A stretch of 64,000 nucleotides of DNA from Chiloscyllium plagiosum (taxonomy: Eukaryota), in assembly GCF_004010195.1 (NCBI RefSeq), contig NC_057720.1:19769269-19833268 (forward strand). The letters run 5' to 3'. The notes below the pieces were generated by a model that saw nothing but the letters and a program-made list of their open reading frames with translations, was not told the DNA's origin and did not search any database. This document shows, in pieces, positions 13,201 through 25,200 of this stretch (positions within the stretch are counted from its first letter, which is position 1; each line of letters starts with the position of its first letter). A program made the position numbers and the translations under genes.

Positions 13201-16200
13201 CCGCCCTCCTGTCCTGTCCATCACCCTTCCCATCTATCCGCTCCACCCTCCTCTCCGACCTATCACCTTCTCCCTCACCTTCATCTACCTATCGAATCCT
13301 CAACTACCTTCCCCCCCAACCCCAGCCCGCACTATTTATCTTGCAGCCCCACGGCCAACAAGCCTCATTCCTGATGAAGAGCTTATGCCTGAAACATCGA
13401 TTCTCCTGCTCCTGCTGCCTGATCTGCTGTACTTTTCCAACAAATTTTAGAATGTTAAAAGGACTGTATAAAAGCATACTGTAGCAGAAACCAACATACA
13501 CAATCTTGTCAAGTCTGAGTGGAGTATTGTATTGATATTGTAGTCTGACATTAAATGCATCGTACAGTTTATATAAAATAAATTAAATAAATAGAGGTTG
13601 GTGCAACTTTGTACTTTGTAGTTTAACATTTTTATCCAATATATGCCAAATGTAATGTTTTATATATGCAATAGAATCCAATAGTATATACATAGTGGTG
13701 TCTTCATTATCTATCTTGTAGAGTCTGACATTATTAGGCAATTTTAAATTCCAGAAAAAGAATAGTTTGGTTCTGTTGGATGATCGGAGAAAGATGCTGG
13801 AGATCAGAGCTGAAAATGTGTTGCTGAAAAGGCGCAGCAGGAAGGGCTCATGCCCGAAACGTCGATTCTCCTGCTCCTTGGATGCTGCCTGACCTGCTGC
13901 GCTTTTCCAGCAACACATTTTCGGTTCTGTTGGATGATTAAGAGGTTAAAAATCTGACCAGCCCCAACCCCACCTATTCCCTGTTTTAAAAGAGACAGAA
14001 TGATGAGGAGACAATAGATCAGAAGGTGTTGTGGTGTGTCCCCACTTTAATTATGATTCTAATTCTAACCTCAGTCTGCCTGATTTCCTAGATCTCACAA
14101 GTAAGAGGAAGTAAAAAAGGTTGATTCCATGAGATGTATGTTTTCTACAGCACTGCTTGTGGGGAGGGACAAAGAATGTTTCTTTTAGGTCTAGCAAACT
14201 TAGCAGTAATGCATCACCCCAGTGTGATGTGTCTGCTCCTGAAACCACTCCCTCCACTATGATAGGGACTCCCTGACTGACATCTATCCCCCTCCAAGCC
14301 CGTTCACCATCTGTGCCCACACTATCACTGGGCTTAGACTACCATCTGATACTGTCCCACAACAGACTCATTTTAATCAACCCATCTAATCTACCAGCAG
14401 TCCCTCTGTCATCTCCCTTGCTATATCTACATGCTCTCATTGGCTGTGTCCACGTACTACAGATTGCTGCACCCCAGAGGTAGCTAAACTGATCAATCAG
14501 GCTAGCTGTAGATGTGAAACGGACCTCCTGCAGTTCGAATACTGCTCAACACCTACACAGAGATGAGATAAGGTGATGCCAATATATAGTGGCTATGGAT
14601 GTAGCTGTGCCAGATTGACCTCTCCTTACTGTATAATTGAGGTTAGCCCAATAATATAATTCATTGGTATTCTCAATGCAGAAAGCCCAATGAGGTTGCT
14701 ACCTGAATTTAACCAGCCTTTTATTGTCATCATGCTGCGTTGACTTATTTGGAAGGATAGAACTCCCATGGTCTCCTTTTATTGATTGCCGCCATCATTT
14801 TGATTGGGCTTCTCATTTTAGCAACTATAGCCGATTTCCAAGACAATCTTTTCAGAATTGAGGGAGTGCTGCATTGTTGTAGGGGTAATACTGATGGAGC
14901 GATAGGGGGTGGTGAATGGTGCAGGCTCTGAGAGATGGGACTGCTGTTAACTTTGAGGCTTGACCCTCAGTTAAACGAATATGTGGCTGATGTGAACTCA
15001 AAGCACTGGCCAATTACTGTGAAAACAGCACTGAATAACAGGCCGCCTACTTGCAGAACATTTCAGAGAACACCTCTGGGACACCCGCACCAACCAACCC
15101 AACCGCCCCGTGGCTGAACACTAGAACTCCGCCAAGGATATGCGGGTCCTTGGCCTCCTCCATTGCCAGACCATGGCAACACGACGCCTGGAGGAAGAGC
15201 GCCTCATCTTCCGCCTAGGCTATCGCATTCCCAATGCCCCTCCCCCAAGTCCCCCCTCCCTACCTTTTATCTTAGCCTGCTTGGCACACCCTCCTCATTC
15301 CTGAAGAAGGGCTTGTGCCCGAAATGTCACTTCTCCTGTTCCTTTGATGCTGCCTGACCTGCTGCGCTTTTCCAGCAACACATTTTTAAGCTCTGATCTC
15401 CAGCACCTGCAGTCCTCACTTTCTCCTTATTAAAATCACAGGCAAACTCCTGAAGTTCATCATTCAGAACCTAGATAACAATGCCACATTATGGGCTCCA
15501 TATAAATTACTCCAAAATAAAAAGTACTCTGAATGCTGGAAATCTGAAATAAGAGCAGTAATTGACCTGGCATATTTTTATTCTGTTTCTCTCTCCACAG
15601 ATGCTGCCTGATGTGTTGAATGTTTCTGAGCCTTTGTTGTTTCATTTCTGAATCCCACTGTACAATGTTCCCATTGTATAAAAGTTGATTACTAGCCTAA
15701 GTGCTCTGCTGTGGCTGAGTAAAATGATATTATGGGTGTGATCACAGCCACATCTGAATAAGCAGCAAGATTGGACTCTCTGGATTAGTACAAGAAATGA
15801 TAACTTGGCACAGCTGCTTCAGCAGTCTCCAGATTTCAATCATTCATCGAGTCCCAATCTCCAGAAACATCGTGCGAGTGGGAGTCAGACTGTGCCAGAT
15901 TTTCATCTGTCCAGGGGCAAACACCTTCACTCTGTGTAAGCATCCTTGCAGCTGCCAACTATGAACTGATCATATCAATTCATGCAATGGAGAGACAAGT
16001 AGGGCAGTGAACTGATACTTTGCTTGTGACCATTGTCATCAAGAGGCTAAGAGACCCATCATTAACATCAAATCTGGTTAACAATCTATATCAATGAGAT
16101 GTAATTCTAATACAGCTTTGTCTTTAGTAGGCTCCAGGTATTATCAATGTTTTCTTCCAAGTTCCTTTCTCTCATCTGTTTCTGAAGGTGATGATTTGTG

Positions 16201-19200
16201 CTGTGTAGTGACTGTATGGGAACTTACAACATCAGAGCTTTGTCTAAAACATTCAAGTGAATGTTTGGCTGTGGGGAATATCACGTTCCAGTCTGATTCT
16301 GTCTAATGTCTAATGCCAATAAACCACTGTGCATATTTTTGCTGTTGATCAGGAGCTGAGCTTGTACCTTTCCAGTCCTGAAGTCCAATGGCTAAAGTAA
16401 TTTGAAATCACACCCCCTCTACCACCACCATCAACACTGATTTAAGATAATATAAGACTTTCCTACAATGGGCTGGTGCATTTGATTGATTGATTGATTG
16501 ATTGTTGTCACATATACCAAGATACAGTGAAAAGTATTGTTTTGCTTGCTATATGGGTAGACTGAACCATTTAAAGTACATCAAGGTAGCAGAATAGAGT
16601 GTAGGATACAGTGTTATAGCCACAGGGAAGGTGCAGAGGAGAGATCAACGTTAATATTTGAGAGGTCTGTTCTAAGGTCTGATAACACAGGAGAGAAGTT
16701 CTTCTTGAATCTATTCATATATGCACTCAAAGTTTTATATCTTCTGCCTGATTTCACAATTAAGCTCTAGGTTCCATGCCTTTTAGTGGTACAGTCAGTC
16801 CTGTTATGTCAAATTCATTTTCAATATCACTTACCCGACATGCATAAATGCACTGGAATTTGATAAACACAGGAGGAGGTAAGACTATTTGTAGTTAATG
16901 TGATTAAAGTGTGTCTTATTCTAATACATTTGTTGGCTGCCAGCGTTTAGAAAGAATAATTGTCATATTCCAGGATACAGTATGGGCAGATGTTAATGGT
17001 AATTTCGTCACATGCATTAAATTTTTATTCTTGGAATGAATCTGAGAAGCACACTATACCTGCACGATACTTCAATAAGAGATCCCAGATGGATCGTCTG
17101 GAATAAGGATCTACTCCAGATGTTGGCTCATCCAGAACGATCACTTTCGCTGCTCCAATGAATGCTAAGGCTACTGATAGCTTGCGTTGCATTCCACCTG
17201 TTCAGGAACAGTGAAAAACCATTTAAAATGTCAACAATTTCATGTTTTTATAATACTAATGCCTTGAGTTATGCAAGCAAAGAGTAAACATAGAATCATC
17301 AATTCATTGCAAAGTTATTATCACAGAATGGTAACAGCATCGAAAGAAGCCATTTATCCAGTCAAGTCTGTGCTGACTCTCTGCAAGAAAAATGCAGCTA
17401 ATGTAATTACCCGACCCTTTCCCCATAGCCCTGAAATGTTTCCTCTTTAGATGCTTGTCCAACTGCCTTTTGAAAGAAGCTGCTGCTGTAACTGTTACAG
17501 GGAGTGTAATGTGGACTCTGCCCACTTGCTGAAAAGATAGTTTTATTAGTGATAAATTTGTAAATGTAGCATATAATGCAAACATAGTCCTCAAAGATAT
17601 AGATGCACATAGTGTCAACGCTATGTACTTACATCATGACATATCAGGACTTACTCAGATTTATTGTATGTGACGGAAAAACCCCAAAAAGGACATTTTG
17701 GAACGAAGTCAGGAAACACATTTTCTTGGAAAAAACTTTGGAAATTTGGACCTCTTATTGTCAAAAACATGTGCATATTGGGTCAAATTATGTTTTCAAG
17801 ATTAGGCTCAGCAAAAGGTATCAAGGGATGTGGAGCAAAGATGGATAATTGAAATCAAGATAGATCAGTCATAATCTAAATGGAAAGACTTGCATTTCAA
17901 TATCAACCTTTGGCACGTCAGTGTCCTGTAGCATTTTACACGAACAAAGTATTTTTTGAAATGAAGTCATTGTTGTAATTTTGCATACAGCAGTCCCAAA
18001 CAGCACATTAATATTGAGCAGATAGTCTGTTTGTGATGGAATTAAATGGCAGAACAGGGCTAAACGGGGCACGCCATTTTCTGAAATGGTCACTACCTAC
18101 TAGAGCACGCTTTCGATCGTTCTGGAAATTACCGGATAAATTTTGAGCCAGCTCATCTTTCTTGTGAGGAAGTCCAACCTCATCCAACATTACTTCTGTC
18201 TGCTTCTCTGCCTCTTCCGCTGTCTGGCCTTTCAGCTGAGTATAGAATAATATATGCTCTGCCACCGTTAGGCTACAGCAAAGATAAAGATAAGATCAGA
18301 TTACTCCGCTCACAGTTCCCTTCAAACATTACACTAAAGATCAATGTTCCAATCTTACTCGGGGAAAGACACAATCTTCCCCAGGTCAGCATTCCAGGGA
18401 TTCCCCAATCAATTCACAGGCTCACACTGATGGTCAACCAGATTCTCAGGCTGATACTATGAGCTTATCTTGATAGATGCTGAAATTCATGCAGACCCCT
18501 TCTCCAGAATCATTCTACAGGCCCTGGGCAGTGTAGCAGATGTTGTAGGCAACAACAACATTAACTACATCTCTGGACAGATACCAGGCCTGAAGAAAGC
18601 TCTTGCATTCCACAAAGCACCACTTGCTTTTTTACTCTCTGGCATGCTCATCAATGTTTACCTAATGAAGAAGGACCTATATCTAAATAAAAGCATGTTG
18701 CAGCTAGTCCAAGCACATGGGTCAATTTCACTTGGCTTTCTCTAATGATCCTTAGCCCCAGTGACAGCTGTAACATGTTACATTACAAAGGAAGGAATCC
18801 TTTCACACTGAACCAAGTGTTGAATAAAGGTGCAACATGCTGTTTATCAGTACCCACTAAGTGAAGCATCTCAGCGGCACGGTGACACAGTGGTTAGCAC
18901 TGCTGCCTCACAGCGCCAGAGACCCGGGTTCAATTCCCACCTCAGGCGATTCGCTGTGTGAATGCATATTTTCCCCGCGTCTCTGTGGGTTTCCTCCGGG
19001 TGCTCCGGTTTCTTCTCACAATCCAAAAATGTGCAGGTTAGGCGAATTGGCCATGTTAAATTGTCCATAGTGTTAGGTGAAGGTGTAAATGTAGGGGAAT
19101 GAGTCTGAGTCTGGGTGGGTTGTGCTTCAGCGGGTTGGTGTGGACTTTTGGGCCGAAGGGCCTGTTTCCACACTGTAAGTAATCCAATCTAATCTAATTG

Positions 19201-22200
19201 GAGTTTATAAATAGAGAAATCATATTTAAAAAGCAAAGAGTTCATAGTGTAACTGTAAACCTTTAGGTCACCCTCAGTGGGAGCAATCCTTAAAATGGGC
19301 GGCACGGTGGCACAGTGGTTAGCACTGCTGCCTCACAGCGCCTGAGACCTGGGTTCAATTCCCACCTCGGGCAACTGTCTGTGTGGAATTTGCACATTCT
19401 CCGGGTGCTCCGGTTTCCTCCCACAGTCCAAATATGTGCAGGTTAGGTGAATTGGCCATGCTAAATTGCCCATAGTGTTAGGTGCAAGGGTAAATGTAGG
19501 GGAATGGGTCCAGGTGGGTTGCTCTTTGGAGGGTCAGTGTGGACTTGTTGGGCCGAAGGGCCTATTTTCGCACTGTAAGTAATCTAATCTAATCTCGAGT
19601 TCATTGTCCAACTCGATTTGTAACCTGATGCTGATTAGAGTTGGAAGTGAACTGCAGCTATTTTATGTGCCTTCCTTTTACACTTTGTATCGATGCACCA
19701 AGCAGAAAATATTAGAGGAAACTTTAACACAGTTTAGAATACAGCAAAATTGGAAATAATATTTTTTTATTTTAAGAACATTGGGGCCATGCTACATGGA
19801 TCCAAAATCCTAACATGATTTGTTCGATCATAACTGCACCATCTCATCATTTACTTCAATTCCCTGTCTTCGTAGAGACTTAACCCTACTCCTCATGGGG
19901 TTTAAACTAATGCAGCAGTGGGATGGGAACCTGAATTGTAGTTCCAGTGTACAGGAGATTGAGGTTAGTGAGGTCAGGGATAGGTTTAAAAGGTTGTGAG
20001 AGGGCGCTGGCAATCAGAGTGTTGGTTTGAAATGTGTGTACTTCAATGCCAGGAATATCCGGAATAAGGTGAGTGAACTTGCAGCATGGGTTGATACCTG
20101 GGATTTCAATGTTGTGGCTATTTCAGAGACATGGCTCGAGGAGGGACAGGATTGGTTGTTGCAGGTTCCAGGATTTAGATGTTTCAGTAAAAACAGAGAA
20201 GACGATAAAAGACAGGGGGGGTATGGCATTGTTAATCAAGGGTAGTATTCCAGCAGCTGAGAGAACGTTTGAGGACTCATCCACTGAGGTAGTTTGGGCT
20301 GTGGTTAGAAACAGGAAAGGAGAGGTCACCCTATTGGGAGTTTTCTATAGGTCTCCAAATTGTTCCAGGGATGTAGAGGAAAGGACAGCAAAGATGATTC
20401 TTGATAGGAGCGAGAGTAACAGGGTAGTTGATATGTGGGACTTTAACTTCCCCAATATTGACTGGGTATACTATAGTTTAGATGGGTCGGTTTTTGTCCA
20501 ATGTATGCAGGAACGTTTTCTGACACAGTGTGTAGACAGGCCAAGGATGCCATATTGGATTTAGTACTGGGGAATGAACCCAGCCAGGTGTTAGATTTGG
20601 AGGTAGGTGAGCACTTGGCGATAGTGACCATAATTCAGTTATGTTTACAATAGCAATGGGCAGGGATAGATATATACTGCGGGGAAAGAGGGATAACTGG
20701 GAGAAAGGCAACTATGATGCGATTAGGCAAAATTTAGGATGCATAGGATGGGGAAGGAAACTGTAGGGGATGGACACTCTTGAAATGTGGAGCTTATTCA
20801 AGGAACAGCTACTGTGGGTCTGATAAGTACATACCTATCAGGCAGGGAGGTAGCTGTTGAGAGGGGGAGTCATGGTTTACTAAGGAAGTTGAAGCTCTTG
20901 TGAAGTGGAAGAAGAAGGCTTATGTGAGGATGAGGTATGAAGGCTCAGTGAGGGGCTTGAGAGTTAGCCAGAAAAGATCCAAGAGAGGGCTTAGAAGAGC
21001 CAGAAGGGAACATGAGAAGTTGTTGGCGGATAGGATCAAGAAAAACTGAAAGGCCTTCGATAGGTATATCAGGAATAAAAGAATGACTAGAGTAAGATTA
21101 GGGCCAATCAAAGATAGTAGTGGAAAGTTGTGCATGGAATCGGAGGACATAGGGAAAGCGCTTAATGAATACTTTTCATCAGTATTCACATTGGAAAAGG
21201 GCAATGTTAGTGAGAATATGGAGATACAGGCTACTGAATGAGATGGGACTGTGGTTGACAATGAGGAGGTTTTAAAAATTTTGGAAGATCTGAAAATAGA
21301 TAAGACTCCGGGGCTGGTTAAGATTTATCCTTGGATTCTCTGGGAAGCCAGGGAGGAGATTGCAGAGTCTTTGGCTTTGATCTTTATGTCATCATTGTCG
21401 ACAGGAATAGTGCCAGAAGACTGGAGGATAGCAAATGTTGTTCCCTTGTTTAAGAAGGGGAGTCGGGACAACCCTGGTAATTATAGGCCAGGGGTGGGTA
21501 AAGTGTTGGAAAAGGTTTTAAGAGATAGGATTTATAATCATCTAGAAAGGAATAATTTGATTAGAGATAGTCAACACAGTTATGTGAAGAGTAGGTCATA
21601 CCTAACTAACTTTACTGAGTTCTTTGAGAAGGTGACAAAACAGGTGGATGAAGGTAAGATGATTGATGTGGTACATATGGACTTCAGTAAGGTGTTTGAT
21701 AAGGTTCCACACGGTAGGCTATTGCACAAAATAAGGAGTTTCGGGATTGAAGGTGATTTAGTAGTTTGGATCAGAAATTGGCTAGCTGAACAAAGAGACC
21801 TTGGAGTGCAGGTTCATAGCTCCTTGAAAGTGGAGTCGCAGGTAAATAGGATAGTGAAGAAAGCATTTGGTAAGCTTTCCTTCATTGGTCAGAGTATTTA
21901 GTTTAGGAGTTGGGAGCTCATGTTGTAGACATTGGTTAGGCCATTGTTGGAATATTGCATGCAATTCTGGTCTCCTTCCTATCGGAAAGATGTTGTGAAA
22001 CTTGAAAGGATTCAGAAAAGATTTACAAGGATTTGAACTATAGGGAGAGGTTGAATAGGCTAGGGCTGTTTTCCATGGAGTGTCGAAGGCTGATGGGTGA
22101 CCTTATAGAAGTTTATAAAATCATGAGGGTCATGGATAGGATAAATAGACAAAAGTCTTTTCCCCGGGGTCAGGGAGTCCAGAACTGGAGGGCATAGGTT

Positions 22201-25200
22201 TAGGGTGAGGGGGGAAGATATAAAAGAGACCTACGGGGCAACGTTTTCACTCAGAGGGTGGTACATGTATGGAATGAGCTGTCAGAGGAAGTGGTGGAGA
22301 CTAGTATGATTGCAACATCTAAAAGGCATCTGGAAGGGTATACAAATAGGAAGGGTTTGGAGGGATATGGGCCAGGTGCTGGCAGGTGGGACTAGATTGG
22401 ATTAGGATATCAGGTCGGCATGGACGAGTTGGACCGAAGGGTCTGTTTCTGTGCTGTACATCTCTATGACTCTATGAAAGAAGACAGAGGGTGGTGGTTG
22501 ATGGGAAATGTTCATCCTGGAGCTGAATTGCCAGTGGTGTGGCGCAAGGATCTGTTTTGGGGCCACTGCTGTTTGGCATTTTTATAAATAATTTGGAGGT
22601 GGGCAGAGAAGGATGGGTTAGTAAATTTGCAGATGACACCAAGGTAGGCAGAGTTGTGGATAGTGCCAAAGGATGTTGTGGGATACAGAGGGACATAGGT
22701 AAGATGCAGAGCTGGGCTGGGAAGTGGCAAAATGGAGTTTAATGTGGAAAAGTGTGAGGTAGTTCACTTTGGAAGAAGTATCAGGAATGCAGAGTACTGG
22801 GCTAATGGTAAAATTCTTGGCAGTGTAGATAAACAGAGGGATCTCGGTGTCCAAGTGCATAAATCCCTGAAAGCTGCCACCCAGATTGATAGACTTGTTA
22901 AGAAGGCATATGGTGTATTGGTGTTTATTGGTAGGGGGATTGAGTTTCAGAGCCATGAGGTCTGCTTCAGCTGTACAATACACTTGTAAGGCAGCACCTG
23001 GGGTCTTCTGTGCAGTTCTGGTCAAGGCATTATAGGAAGGATGTGGAAGCTTTGGGAAGGGTTCAGAGGAGATTTACTAGGATGTTGCCTGGTATGGAAG
23101 GAAGATCTTACGAGAAAAGGCTGAGGGAACTGAGGCTGTTTTCATTGGAGAGAAGAAAGTTGAGCGGTGACTTAATCGAGACGTATAAGATAATCAGAGG
23201 GTTGAATAGGGTGGTCAGTGAGAGCCTTTTTCCTTGGATGGTGAAGGCTAACACAATGGGAAACAGCTTTAAATTGAGGGGTAATAGATTTAAGACAGAT
23301 ATCAGGGATAGTTTCTTTACTCAGCGAGTAGTAGGGGCATGGAACGCCCTGCCTGCAACAGTAGTAGACTCACCAACATTAAAGGCATTTAAATGGGCAT
23401 TGGACATACATATGGATAATAATGGAATGGTGTAGGTTAGATGGGCATCAGAGTAATTTCGTAGGTAGGTGCAACATCGAGGGCTGAAGGGCCTGTACTG
23501 CGCTGTAACGTTCTATGTACTATGTAATCACCTCTATTGCTTAGAGCCAGAATCATCAGAATGGATGCTTAGAATGATGAACGCAGGAACACAAGAACAT
23601 GAATAGGCCATTTAGCCCCTCAAGCTGTTCTACCATTCAGTGACAAAAATAGAAATTGCTGGAAAAACACAGCAGGTGTGGTAGCATCTGTGGAGAGAAA
23701 ACAGAGTTAACGTTTCAGGTCTAGTAACCCTTCTTCAGAACTGATGGTAGCTAGGAAAACATTGGAGTATATATATGTAGAAGACAATGTGGGGTGAGTG
23801 GGAAGGAGTAAACATTAGGTGGAGATGAAGCCCAAAATGAGAGGAAAACAATCAGGCAGATGAAGGAATGGGTAAAGGTCAGTCTGGGAGAATCAAAAGT
23901 TGCTCATGGGGACCATTACTGGCTGACAATGGTTTATTTATGGTAATGATAGGGCCTGGTATGTGGGGTTGGGGTAGGGACATGGGAGAAGGTGCTAAAG
24001 CCCTAAAATAGTTGAACTCGATACTGAGTCCAGAAGACTGTAGAGTTTCCAAGCAGAAGATGAGGTGTTGTTCTTCCAGTTTGTGCTGAGCTTCTCTGGA
24101 ACACTGCAGGAAGCCTGAGACAGAGATGTTGGTCAGTGAACAGGGTGGTGTGTTGAAGTGATGAGCAATAGGAAGCTCAAGGTCTTTTTTGCAGCAGAAC
24201 ATAGATATTCCAGTCTGCAATTTGTTTCCCCACCATGGAGGAGATCATATTGTGAGCAGCGAATGTAGTAGACTGGACTGGGTGAAGTGCAGGTAAAGCG
24301 CTGCTTCACCTGGAAGGTGTGTACGGGCCCTTGGATACTGAGGAGGGAGGAGGTAGAGGGGCAGGAATTATACCTTCGGCAGTTGCAGGGGAAGGTGCCA
24401 TGGGGCTGTGGGGGGTGTTGGGAGTGAAGGAGGAGTAAATCAGGGTGTCCTAGAGGGAATCGTCCCTATGGAAGGCAGACAAGGAGTGGAGGGGAAATGG
24501 AAGTTAATGATCCTCTGAATGTGGATGCTGGTGGGATGGTCTGTGAGGGCAAAGAGAATCCTATTGGTTTTGTGAGAAGGAAGAGAAGGTGTGAGAGCTA
24601 AAGTGTGGGAGATTGGTTGGACCCCACTGAGGGCCCTGTCAGCCACAGTCCTGGGGAATCCTTGGTTGGGGAAGAAGGTGGATATTTCAGAGGCCTCTTT
24701 GGGACATTTCACCATTCAAGGAGACCATAGTTAATCTGTATCTAACTTTACATCCCTGCCTTTGGCCCATATCCCTTAATATCTTTGCTGAACAAATATT
24801 TATCAATCTCAGATTTAAAATTAGCAACTGATCCAGCATCCACTGCCATTTGCAGAAGTGAGTTATAAACATCAGCCACCCTTTGTGTACAGAAATGCTT
24901 CCTAACATCTCTCCTGAACAGTCTGGTCCTACTTCTCAAACTATGCCCCCTAGTTCTAGAATTCCCAACTAGTGGAAATAGTTCATTTTTATTTACCCTG
25001 TCTCTTCCTGTTAATATCATGAAGACTTTGAGCAGATGAATAACACTTACTTGTTAAATAAAATATTGTACTGGGGGCACATGCCAATTTCCTGTCGAAT
25101 TGCATCAATGTCTGTGCGGATATCTTTGCCATTAATGACTGCAGTCCCTGATGTAGGTGGAAATAAGCCAATCAGCATTGACCTGTTGGATACACAAGGA

